Part shown: positions 33,206-44,780 of the stretch, piece after piece
How positions within the stretch are numbered: position 1 is the stretch's first letter
How the letters are laid out: each line of letters opens with the position of its first letter
Source of the DNA: Octopus sinensis
Lineage: Eukaryota
DNA length: 64,000 nt
Assembly (NCBI RefSeq): GCF_006345805.1
Contig: NC_043006.1
Span: forward strand, 28,892,001-28,956,000
Direction of reading: 5' to 3'
Notes under the pieces: model-generated
Told to the model about the DNA's origin: nothing
The model's database searches: none
The model's input: the letters and a program-made list of their open reading frames with translations, nothing else
Made by a program: the position numbers and the translations under genes

Positions 33206-36027
33206 ACCTGAACAACCTGCCATCCTCTACACACCATCATAAACTGCAAGCAGGGTACAAATTGTTGTCCTTAAATGCTCGCAGTTTGTGCAACAAAATT
33301 CATTTGTTCAACGCCTACGTCAGAAGTGTTGACCCTGACTTCATCACTGTCACGGAAACATGGGCGCATTCCTTACTCTGTGATGGGGTTTTCAGCATTA
33401 CGGGGTACAACCTCTTCTGTAAGGACCGCATTAACCGCCATGGTGGTGGTGTGATGGTCTACGTTTGTTCAAATTTTTTGGTAATTCCTTGTGCCGATTT
33501 GAACGAATCACAAGAAGAAGTTTTTTTCTGTGACGTACGTATGACCATGTCAACACTCCTGCTTGGCGTTGTTTATCGTCCTCCAAATTACCATCAGGAC
33601 ACACAGCTTTGCAATATCCTCTGAGCTGCTGCCAGGAAAACAGCCACTTATGTTTTTGTTGCAGGCGATTTCAATCATCCTGAGATCAATTGGGAAACCT
33701 TCCATTGGCCACAGAGTGCAAACGATTTTGTTGGGCTTGTGCTGGACTCAAACTGGTAACAAGTAGTCACCTCTCCAACAAGAGGCGACAACACCTTGGA
33801 CCTGCTCTTCACCACAACTCCTGAAGCGGTTATCAATTGCACTACGGAGGAACCTCTAGGTGACTCTGACCATGCTATGATCATCGCCAATCTGGCTCTT
33901 GCGGGCAACAAAAACCTGAACCATCTCCAATCTGCTTCCTTCGATTGGAAGAGAGCAGATTGGAACCTGTACCACACTGAACTACAGCACCCAAACTGGC
34001 ATGAATTCTACAACTCTGGAGATGTAAATACTATACTCCAGAGTATCCTGGACTCAATATGGGCAGCATGTGCAGCATCAGTGCCATGTAAACAGAAAAA
34101 GAAGAACCGCCCCAAAAGGGCAATTTGGGAAACTTCAGCGGTCAGACTTGCCAGGAAGGAACGTCGGACTGCTGAAAGGGAATACAAGTTGCATAAATCA
34201 GACACCAACAGGAAGAAGCAGAATAAATCTTCCAACCATCTCAAGCAAGTGACAAAAAAAGCAGTGCTTGAATTTGAACAGTGCATAGCAGCCAATCCTG
34301 ATAGCAAGGTTTTCTGGAAATATGTGCATTCAAAGCAGAGACCTCACTCTCCAGTGGGCCCTCTTCACAATCCTCACACAAACCAGATCACTGACGACCC
34401 CAAGGAATGCGCAGAACTCATTGCCGAGTGCTATGCAAACATATTCACTGTTGAAAATCAAAATGTACCATCTTCACCATCTCTAACAGCAAATTCCATA
34501 ACAACTATGGAATTTACACCTGCAATGCTGTGACGTCACCTTCAAAATAAGTGCAACTATGCCTCCCCTGGTCTTGATGGAGTTACATACCTGCTTCTCA
34601 AACGTGGCAGGTACTTCCTTTTACACCAGCTCTCTATTTTCTTCCAGTACTGTCTCAACAATGGTGCTACTCCGGAACAATGGAAAACTGCCAGTGTCAT
34701 TCCTCTGTTCAAAAAGGGCGACCGCACATCACCTGTCAACTATCTCCCAGTCAGTCTCACTAGCTGTATTGCAAAACTGATGGAATCGTGTGTCAGAGAA
34801 ACACTTTGGAACTTCTGGAGCTCACACAGTCTCATCCGACCTTCACAATATGGATTTGTCCCTAACTCCAGCTGCAGTGATCAGCTTGTCGAGTTCCTTG
34901 AGGACATTACTCAGATCACTGACAGTGGCTCATGGGTGGATGTTGTCTACCTTGACTTTGCTAAGGCTTTCAACTCTGTGCCACACAAAAGGCTTATGGT
35001 GAAACTCTCTGCAATGGGTGTGAGGGATGACCTTTTTAACTGGTTGAAATCCTTCATTCTCAACCGAAAGGAGGTAGTCACAGTTCTAGGACAGCATTCT
35101 ACACCATATGAGATGTCATCGGGTGTACCACAGGGATCTGTCCTTGGTCCCCTCTTGTTTGTGGCATACATTAATGACATAGATGCAAATTTAAAGAATG
35201 CCACAGTATTAAAATATGCAGACGACATCAAGCTGTACCTTGAAATCAAGAGGACAGATCCTGTTGTCTACAGCTCTTTCCTGCAATCAGACCTGGACAC
35301 AATGCAGCAATGGATCACAGACTGGCAACTGAAACTGGCTGTGGACAAGTGTACCACCATGCATTTTGGGAGAAAAAACCCTGCGTCCACATACTCCCTC
35401 CACAACACTGATATCAAGAAATCCTTATGCGAGCGTGACCTAGGCATCACTGTCAGCAGTGATTTGCGTTGGACAAAGCATATCTCTAAAATTGTCAAGA
35501 AAGCCGAGGGTGTCTTGGCATCACTCAGCAAGACTTTTGTTAGCCGCTCTCCAGCCATCTATTTAAAACTGTATACAGCTATGGTACGACTACACTTGGA
35601 ATTCGCATCATCAGTTTGGAACCCCTATCTTGCTCAGAACATTGACCTCCTGGAATCGGTTCAGAGACGTGCAACCAAACGCATACCCTCCATCAGACAC
35701 CTACCATATTCTGAGCGCCTTGTTTCCCTGGGCATGGATTCACTGAAGCTCCGGCGTCTGGCGACGGACTTGGTAAACGCCCACAAAGTTGTCAACTACC
35801 TCACCAATAACAACACTGAATACCTTTTTGATCTCCATATGTCTAACACACGTGGACATGCCTACAAAGTCAGAAAACAACACAGCTCCCATGACTTTCG
35901 GAAACATTTCTTCACACTCAGAGTTGCTGCAGCATGGAATAAACTGCCTGCATCAGTTGTTGACTGCCATGACACTGCATCCTTTAAGGCCCTCATGCTT
36001 TCCGAAATCCGTCGAAACTACACCTGA
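33178..36027 (+). pseudogene. LINE ORF2 (APE endonuclease + reverse transcriptase), three premature stops, no frameshift
   Basis: LNARSL, VTETW, GGGVMVYV, VYRPP, AGDFNHP, PTR..N.LDLL, GDSDH; DFAKAFNSVPH, GVPQGSVLGPLLF, YADD, ERDLG; stops TGA 33622-24, TAA 33757-59, TGA 34531-33, all in one frame. Confidence 0.95.
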
Positions 36028-36129
36028 TTATATATGCACTTTAGATGAGTTGTAGTGCACCTGAGCACTGTACACAATGTTTATTATTATTATTATTATT
36101 ATTTTTATATATATATCAGTTCCCTCCTT

Positions 36130-36700
36130 ATTATTGATAGTTGGGAATTACTTATCTTGTCAAAATTTTGTCTTGCAGCTTGAATAGGTTGGTGTTTTTC
36201 TAGTTTCAAGTATTCATAATGACAACACTACTTTCCTTATCTGCATTATGAGGCTTGTGTCACATATATCCTGTAAGTAGTACCAAGATATAGATTTATT
36301 TGTAGTTGAGAACATTGAATACTTGTGATTACTGGAGTAGCTTCTTTTTGAAAGACTCAGTAGAGTGTTGGACAAATCCCTTCATGTATTTAGTAAATGT
36401 TTATTGCTGTTCCTCTTTCCTGATAAAATAATCGCAGTTAATTCTTGAGGTTGATTTATTCCTCTGTACGATACCCCTTCCTGAAATATGCGGCTGTGTA
36501 CTTATGTCAGAGACAAATATTTGGATTCTGCATTGCAATAACACAATATAATATTCATCAATTATGAAGTGATCCCAGCATTTACCACTGAGTTATAAGT
36601 AGCTTATGATCCATATACACAACCAGGAGGTTTGAACCATGAAGAGTTAAGTGGCTTGCCATAGAGATAGTGCAGTCACAATAACAAATTACAAACCATC
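36130..36700 (-). mobile_element. Possible ancient PLE N-terminal RT remnant
   Basis: Only NADKESSVVIMNT (ADKG..VVIM-like) near 36240 is recognisable. Confidence 0.3.
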
Positions 36701-36959
36701 AGTCCTTCAGCCAATATTCTGACACACAATCAACCTAACCAGCTCTGATTCTACATCTTTCTATTATACTCCTCTCTTACTCCTAACAATTTGTACTGTA
36801 GTTAGTTGTCTGTAACTATCTCTTCTTGCTAGACTTATCAGAGACTTCTTATAATTGAATACCATTACACATATTAACAACAAACAGATCATAAAGCTAA
36901 TGTTTTCTTATCCATACACTTAAAATAAAACTAGAAATGCAAGAGTCTTTATAACAAAT

Positions 36960-37195
36960 TGGCACCCATGCTGGTGGTGCATGAATGCACCCCGGGTGTT
37001 GTGCTGGTGGCACGTAAAAGCAGCCATAACACTTTCGGTGGGGTTGGCATTAGGAAGGGCATCCAGTTATAGAAAACTATGCCAAATCAGACTGGAGTCT
37101 GGTGCAGCCTTCCAGCATGCCAGCCCTGGTCATACCATCCAACCCATGCCAACTTGGACAATGAACGTTAAATGATGATGATGATGATGATGATT
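36960..37195 (+). mobile_element. RTE 3' tail / tail-sharing SINE
   Basis: GGCACGTAAAAGCA...GGCATTAGGAAGGGCATCCAG...GAACGTTAAATGATGATG. Confidence 0.8.
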
Positions 37196-38402
37196 CCAGC
37201 TGTAGCCAGCTTGTCTTTTATTTTTTTTTTATCATAGTATTAGTAGAAGGACAACATTATCTATTGTAGGGAGTCTCTGCATAGTAAATTGACATACTAG
37301 AAATATTAGCCAAATCTCCCTCAAATCACACCCTATCATACTTCACAATTGAGTAGTTATAGGTAGTAGAGAGTTGTGAAAATATTACTCTGACAATATT
37401 CAAATTGAAACAAAAATTAAAAAAATGACAACACTGCTAATCTGAAATAAATACGTACATAAAACAGTAAACAAATATTTCCTGTTCATTATTTGAAAAC
37501 TTATTTATATTGTTTTAACTCCATAATAAACTACCTTTGATTTTTTCAGAGCCAACATAACCAAATTTATGTATTTTCATAACCTTAATGTCAAAACTAC
37601 ATAACAGGATTTGCATTGAAGTCACATTAATTTTTCTACATAACATCCTGCTTAGTTCCATGTATTGTCATTGTAAAAACATCATATTTTGTTATTAATG
37701 CCCATCACCACTACCACCACTGCCAAACTTGCCACTATTACTTCATGCATCAGCTCTACTACCATTAAAACCCCCATCACATCTATTACTTCCTGCGTTT
37801 TGACAATACAAATGCTATATTAAATTAGTTTGTTCCTCCCCTTCGATCAATAAATGTCTACGTTTTTTCTGCATGAATGATATTTCTATATGATTGAATA
37901 CAAAGGTGGCCACTAGGTTCTCTGTTAGATTGGATACAAAATAAAGTTATAACCAGATACAGCTAATTCAAGCTGCGATCCGATGTCTAAATTTGAAAAA
38001 ATACTTGTTACCCAACAGGCAGCAAGCAACAGACAATTGCTGCTGTCGATGATATTGCTACCGTAGTTGTAGTTGTTGTTCTTCTAAACAATGCTATGGC
38101 TTCATTAGTTTAGTTGAAACGTTTTTGCATTCACACAGGATGATAAATTTGAAGGGAACATGTATATCCAATTGAACCAACCCACCACATGATTAGTATT
38201 TATTTCATGCATCTTGAAAAGTTAAGTTGATCAGTTAGGTTGCCAGTGTTTGAACACAAAACCTAAATGAACAAAACTAAACAGTGAAAAAGCATTCAGC
38301 TAAATAGTGCTGTAATTCTAAAACTCTGGTCAGACAAAATATTCAAACCTTTAATTTTTGAGCTATAGAAGTGATTTTTGTTGCCTAAAATAATGTTGAA
38401 AT

Positions 38403-38790
38403 AGGCGCAGGGGTGGCTGTGTGGTAAGTAGCTTGCTTGCCAACCACATGGTTCCGGGTTCAGTTCCACTGCATGGCACTTTGGGCAAGTGTCTTCAACT
38501 ATAGCCTTGGGCTGACCAAAGCCTTGTGAGTGGATATGGTAGACAGAAACTGAAAGAAGCCTGTCATGTATATGTATATATATGCGTGTTTGTGTGTCTG
38601 TGTTTGTCCCCCCAACATCGCTTGACAACCGATGCTGGTGTGTTGATGACCCCGTAACTTAGCGGTTCAGCAAAAGAGACTGATAGAATAAGTACTAGGC
38701 TTACAAAGAATAAGTCCTGGGGTCAATTTGCTTGACTAAAGGCGGTGCTCCAGCATAGCCACAGTCAAATGACTGACTGAAACAAGTAAA
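38403..38790 (+). mobile_element. tRNA-derived SINE (family A), full length
   Basis: GGCGCAGGGGTGGCTGTGTGGTAAGTAGC...GGTTCAGTTCC head through GACTGAAACAAGTAAAGAG tail. Confidence 0.9.
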
Positions 38791-39149
38791 GAGTATAATC
38801 TGGATGAATTGAATATTTGGAAGTAACTCATTGCTCAATATACCAAATTTAATTAATTTTGACAATGTCATCTGTATATTCTGGCACTTGAACATATAGC
38901 AAATATTTCATGTTATATTCACAGCATAGTAGTAAAGCAAACAATATCCTAGACTTACAGATTGATTTCATCAACAGCTGAGTTTGCCCTCAGATCAGCT
39001 GATACCAATGTTACCCAACATCATCACTGTTTAGATCAATTACTAATGTACTGCAAGAAATAGTAACACCCTATGTCATGACTATCAAATTTTATTCATC
39101 TTCTAAGACAAACCAATTTCTATTGATGTATTGTGTTTATCTGTCTAAA

Positions 39150-39420
39150 ATCCTCATGGACATTCTCCAGGGCAGAAAGAAAAATTAACCTGACATTTCC
39201 AATACAGATGAGCTCATTTATTTCTAGTAGGTGAAAGATAAGTTAGTTTCAGCTACTCTTGTTGTTTACCCTAGAGATGATACACTACTAAGTGTACTGG
39301 CAGATGCATCAGATATTGTACTGGAAGGAGTTTTGCAACAATTGGTAGATGGGGTCTAACAGCTACTTTCCTTCTTGAAATGTTTGCAACAGGCCAAAGC
39401 ATTATACAACACATTTACTT
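39150..39420 (+). mobile_element. Ty3/gypsy RNase H remnant
   Basis: Reads ATLVVYPRDDTLLSVLADASDIVLEGVLQQLVDGV*QLLSF (DASD...VLQQ pattern). Confidence 0.65.
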
Positions 39421-40000
39421 TCATGTACTCATACAGATGCACTTCACATGTACATACATGCACTTCACATGTACACATATAGATGCACTTCATACTTCTA
39501 TCTCTGTTGATTTTAACTAACAAAGATTTCTCTGGCATATATAATTAATTTGCTTTGTTGTTCTAACCCATGCTAGCATGGACAATGGACGTTATATGAC
39601 GATGTATATATTTGGTGTGATATTTCAATTAGGTAACAGGTCCTATAACACATGAGATCTTTGATGCACTCCTTTTACTACTAATCATATCCACGTTGAT
39701 TTAATGGGTTCAGTTCCACTTCTGCATGTGTATGGTTATATGCTTGTCTGTGTCAACAGATACATCAAGTAGTCACATGTTGCTAAGGCTTTTATACAGC
39801 AATGAGTTCTCAGCTATGTCACATTGTGTTGGACCCACTACTACATGAATACATGTCTAGAACATTTATCAGTTGCCAATCAATCATAATAAATCAATTT
39901 TGAAACTACTTCAGAACCCAATTTCTTTTCAATTTGTAGTTTACTTTGTACCATCTTGCATTGTTGCAGCCTTATACAACTACATTCTTTAAATTATACC

Positions 40001-40215
40001 TAGGCACGGGCATGACTGTGTGGTTAGGGAGCTTGTTTCCTAACTACATGGTTTCGGGTTCAGTCCCACTGCAGGGAGCTTATTTCCTAACTACATGGTT
40101 TCGGGTTCAGTCCCACTGCATGGCACTTTGGGTAGGTGTCTTCTGCTATAGCCCCGAGCTGACCGAAGCTTTGTGATTGAATTCGGTAGGCGGAAGTTAC
40201 TGCCGTGTGTGTATG
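40001..40215 (+). mobile_element. tRNA-derived SINE (family A) with 47-bp internal tandem duplication
   Basis: 40026-40072 repeated at 40073-40119. Confidence 0.85.
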
Positions 40216-40329
40216 TGTGTGCGTAGGTGCTCAGTGCCTCTCCGAAAGAGAGAGAGGGAAATGCTTCACAAAAATTACCTCATTGTAATATGTATGTAAC
40301 AGCCCTTCTTGTCTTGTTATTCTCCTTGT

Positions 40330-40727
40330 CCTGTCTTTTACTGTTTATATTTTGTACTGTTGTTACTGTCCTGTTTTTGTTACCATTTTTACCCCTCCGC
40401 AAAAAAGAACTCAAATTTTATTTAATTTGCTTTTCGCGGGAAGGAAAGTTTCTATCGAAGATGCGTATCACCTTCACCTTCAAAACACAGAGTAGATGAA
40501 ACCATGGCGACTGAAGAAGGGGAATTTTCCTTGTGTTATTTGTCCTGTACTCTATTTTTTTGTTGTTTAAGAAAAATGTCCAGTTCCTTGGTTTTGTGTC
40601 TATGTTTTCGTTTCTCATTGTGTTCGATGTTTTTTTGGTGTCCTGTACCCATATATGCATGTATATATACATGTAGAGGTAGATACGTACATATATGTAT
40701 GTATATATGCATATGTTTTATTTATTA

Positions 40728-40760
<33 letters not shown>
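40330..40760 (+). repeat. PLE pseudo-LTR-like repeat (homolog of 22790-23300)
   Basis: Shared TTTTACCCCTC.GCAAA...ATTTTATTTAATT, CTGA.GAAGGGGAAT..TCCTTGT and GTGTCCTGTAC.CATATAT blocks. Confidence 0.6.
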
Positions 40761-40773
<13 letters not shown>

Positions 40774-40959
40774 TCAGTCAATTCGAGGATGTCTTATCCT
40801 CATAAGGGATTAATATATCCCAAAATGTCATTGGTTTAATCCACAACTCATCCAAGAGAAGTCTAAATGATATATATGGGATTATTATAAGTATTATTCA
40901 ATAAAAGTTGAGAAAATAGAGAGTTGGTAAAGATGTAAATTAATTTATTAACATGGTTA

Positions 40960-41440
40960 ATAAATTAATTTATTAACAGAGTATGACTGATCCTGCACAG
41001 GTGACAGAGCTTGTTGGAATATATATTCTATTCAACTTTAATAGTGAATTTCCAGAAATAAGGGAAGGTCTGTATAAGGGACAATGCACTTCTTGTCATA
41101 AAAAACCCCCCAACTAATAGGAAACTTGTGATGTATAAGAAAAAATTCCATCGGTTTTTCAAGAGATTTGGACTATCTATTTTGATAGAAAAAGATAATA
41201 ATTCTGTTAATTTTAACCTAAAAACAAGTAGATATGCACCTTACCATAAACCAAACTCTAAATTAACTTACATTAACTTTAAAAGTAAATGTCCTAAGTC
41301 AATAACTCATTGTTTAGTTCCAAATATTGAAAAAAGGATTAATTACCTCTCATATAATGAGGAATTTTTAATGAAAATAAGGACTTCTATAATAATGCAC
41401 TAGCTAAGGAAGGGTATAAAAATAAAATTAAATATATTCA
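40960..41440 (+). mobile_element. Decayed Penelope-like RT fragment
   Basis: AQVTELVGIYIL, GLY, then ORF 41128..41403 FKRFGLSILIE...YAPYHKPNSKLTYINFKS..PKSI...NIEKRI..LS.NEE. Confidence 0.75.
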
Positions 41441-41689
41441 ACCTTTGGTTAATAATATGTGTAATGATCTAAAAGTAGGCACATTTAACTACATGAATGG
41501 ACATAATAAAAGAACTAAAATTAAAATAAAGAATATAATAGAAATTAATAATAGTTAACAAAATATAAATGTAGCAAACATGGATAACCTTAACCCATGC
41601 AGAGTTGTAACTATAGATAAATTTAGCCAAAATACTATCATAATATACATCCACATGTTTGTATGAGCAATTACTATCTTATTAATAAT

Positions 41690-41880
41690 AATGATGATGA
41701 TGATGATGATGATGGTGATGGTGATGGTGATGTTGATGGTGATGGTGGTGGTGGTGGTGGTGGTGATGATGATGATGGTGGTGGTGGTGGTGATGGTGAT
41801 GGTGGTGGTGGTGGTGGTGATGGTGATGGTGATGGTGATGATGGTGGTGATGATGACGACGACGACGACGACGATGATGT
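41690..41880. repeat. (GAT/GGT/GAC)n compound microsatellite
   Basis: Direct reading. Confidence 0.95.
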
Positions 41881-42604
41881 ACCAGACAGTGGCTCTCATG
41901 GCTTCTGATCTTAACTGATTGGAAGTGTTATCATTTACATTGTTTTGTCTTGGTATAAAAGATGGGCTACAGCAAATATTCTGCTCAATACCACATATTT
42001 GCTCGTCAGTTGTTTGACCTTAACCAGTTGATCATGTCCCTTAGTGGCTGACAATTTGTGCATCTCTGATCATGTGCAGAAGTAGTGGGGGAGCATCATA
42101 GCCATGTGTTGAAAGGAATTTTTAGAGGCTTGGATAATTCAACTTTGGAAACATGGGTGGTTCATTCAACATCCTTAAACAATCCTTATTCAGGGACCTT
42201 TTGAGTGGGATGGGCTACTCAACCTGGATAAAATTCTAACTGGGCCCCACCTGCAAGGTCATGTGCTGTTTATCTTGATATGAAATCACCATGTCATGCA
42301 CATATGGTTGTGATGCATGTGCCTAGTGTACCCTTATCAGGCGGGTAGTCATGATGGGTATACTGGACTTCGTATATTTTACCCCAGTGTCACTTTGATG
42401 GCATGCATTGCTCTCTCACTCACTCAATAATAATAATAATATAATAATAATAATAATAATGATAGTAATAATAATAATAACTAGCTGGACCTATGAAAAC
42501 TTCACGGAAAATATAAAAAATGTAAGCATTTCTAAATTGTGCCTTGAGAAATGTTTCTATATTGTGACAGTTACAAAATATAGAAAATGTGCAGAGAACA
42601 GCTT

Positions 42605-43620
42605 CTGCCATATTCCAGGGGAAAAAAACTACAAGTAGTTGATAGCTTCTGTTATCTAGGTGACCAAGTCAATAGTGGGGGAGGAGGATGCTCTGAAAGT
42701 GTAGCTATTAGAATAAGAATAGCCTTGGCAAAGTTCAGAGAGCTCCTACCTCTGCTGGTAACAAAGGGCCTCTCGCTCAGAGTAAAAGGTAGACTGTATG
42801 ATGCATGTGTGTGAACAGCCATGCTACATGGCAATGAAATATGGGGTGTAACTGCTGAGGATATGCATAAGCTTGCAAGGAATGTAGCCAGTATGCTCCG
42901 CTGGATGTGTAATGTCAGTGTGCATACATGACAGAGTGTCAGCACCCTGAGAGAAAAGTTGAACTTAAGAAGCATGAGATGTGGTGTATAAGAGAGACAC
43001 CTGCACTGGTATGGTCATATGTTGTGAATGGATGAGGACAGCCGTGTGAAAAAGTGTCACACCCTAGCAGTAGAGGGAACCTGTGGAAGAGGAAGACCTG
43101 GGATGAGGTGGTGAAGCACAACCTTTGAACAGTGGGCCTTACCGAGGCAATGATAAGTGACTGAGTCCTTTGGAGATATGCTGTGCTTGAGAAGACCTGG
43201 CAAACCAAGTGAGACCATAACCATGGCCTATGTCAGTGCAGCATAACCAGCCCATTTAAGTGTACTCTTCAATCATTGGGCAATAAACAGCGCTTGTGAA
43301 GAAGACCTTCTGAGGCAAGTGAAATTATTGTTGTAGCCGATGACAGTACCACCTGATTGGCACCCATGCCAGTGGCGTGTTAAAAGCACCATTTGAGTGT
43401 GATTGTTGCCAGTGCTGCCTGACTGGCTTGCGTATCGGTGGCATGTAAAAAGCACCCAATACACTCTTGGAGTGGTTGGCATTAGGAAGGGCATCCAGCT
43501 GTAGAAACTTTGTCAGATTAGATTGGAGCCTAGTGCTTCTGGCTCACCAGCCCTCAGTTAAACCATCCAACCCATGCCAGGATGGAAAGCGGATGTTAGA
43601 CAACAATGATGATGATGATA
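42605..43620 (+). mobile_element. 5'-truncated RTE LINE
   Basis: KLQVVDSFCYLGD, RIRIALAKFRELLPLL, KGRLYDACV..AMLHG.E.W, LHWYGH, RGRP-like block, then 3'UTR and (GAT)n tail. Confidence 0.9.
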
Positions 43621-43669
43621 TACATATATATACATACACACACACACACATGTTGGATCGTTAGCTCCT

Positions 43670-43872
43670 ACACACATTTTTCTCTCTCCTTGTTTCTTTT
43701 CTGTGTATCTTTCTGTCGAAGAGCGTAGGCTCGAAACGTAAAAGACTTGTTTTATTTCTATTCCTGAGCACCATACGAATACAATTGTTTGTTTGTACTC
43801 CACCTGCCTTCGTCTTTTGTTTATTTTCGTAAACCTGCCTTCATCTTTCGTTTATTTTCGTAAACCTTCCCG
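43670..43872 (+). mobile_element. PLE pseudo-LTR-type repeat with hammerhead-like motif
   Basis: TCTTT(43708-12) CTGTCGA(43713-19) A GAGC GTAG GCTC GAAA(43733-36) C GTA(43738-40) AAAGA(43741-45). Confidence 0.7.
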
Positions 43873-43879
43873 TTATATA

Positions 43880-43903
43880 TATATATATAAAACTGAGAAT
43901 GTG

Positions 43904-43942
<39 letters not shown>

Positions 43943-44780
43943 GTGAATCCCTAAAACTTGAGAACTACACAACCAATTTCATTCAAATTTTACACATGCC
44001 TTACTTAAGGTCCGGGGAGTGCCATCGGCAAAAAAATCTTAACTTTTTCCCTAGGGTGACCCCACAGCAATATCATATCTTCTCCACTATTTCAGTATTA
44101 CGTGTTAAAAGTGAAACAAAAACATCTCTCTATTGTAATACAGACACTTTCATTTTAATACTGAAACTATTAAAATGAAAGTATTATATAACAGGGATGA
44201 ACCATTAATATTGGTCATCCTTTTTGCTAGAAGAAGATCTGCTATGGTCTTATATGCTACACTACTGGTTTTCAATTCATATTAATCAAATTAATATTCA
44301 ATTTTTCACCCTTATTATGTGTGTGTGTGTGTATTAGTAATTTGTATAAAATTGCATCAATGACTTGAACTTGAATAAGTGTTTTCACATAAATGGGGAT
44401 ACATTAAAAAGGTTTGTTGTTATTATTATTACTGTTTGACTATTGTAATCACGTTTGTTGGTTTCTCGTCAGGGAAATGTGGTTGTGTTGCATTTGTTAA
44501 ATAATTGTAAACCGTAACCCTCCCCCTTTCAGAGAAGGGGTTTTGGTTATTGCTTAAAAATTGAATTGTGTCCCTGTTTGGGGAAATTGACAATATTTTC
44601 ACCGTCTTTACGGAAGCATTTTTGTTAAAATGCCTTCGATAGAAGAAAGTCCAAAAATGAATTTTGCTGCAGCCGTACACTTCTATTAAAGAGGGAGGAC
44701 AAGATCCAATTGATCGAAATTGCAAGAGATGGGCCTACAATTCCAGTCTGTTATATATTTTGAGTATTGTTATCACTAGC
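43880..44780 (+). mobile_element. Helitron/DINE-like non-autonomous element
   Basis: 5' TATATATAAAACTGAGAATGTGTG(TCTG)n...AACTACACAACCAATTTCATTCAAATTTT is the usual Helitron-type 5' layout; 3' hairpin not found, lone CTAG near 44776. Confidence 0.5.

Larger units (their letters stand above)
32651..36100 (+). mobile_element. Near full-length CR1/L2-type LINE (5'-truncated in ORF1)
   Basis: ORF1 remnant, APE+RT ORF2, short 3'UTR and (ATT)n tail; flanked by (TA)n on both sides. Confidence 0.95.

Noticed and set aside
38403-38480. tRNA gene
   Set aside because: A/B-box-like head continues into a multicopy SINE body; no convincing cloverleaf.
38959-39050. Minus-strand exon with good splice signals (TTCTTGCAG...CT|GTAAGT)
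   Set aside because: Stops in all three frames, and it is adjacent to a gypsy remnant.
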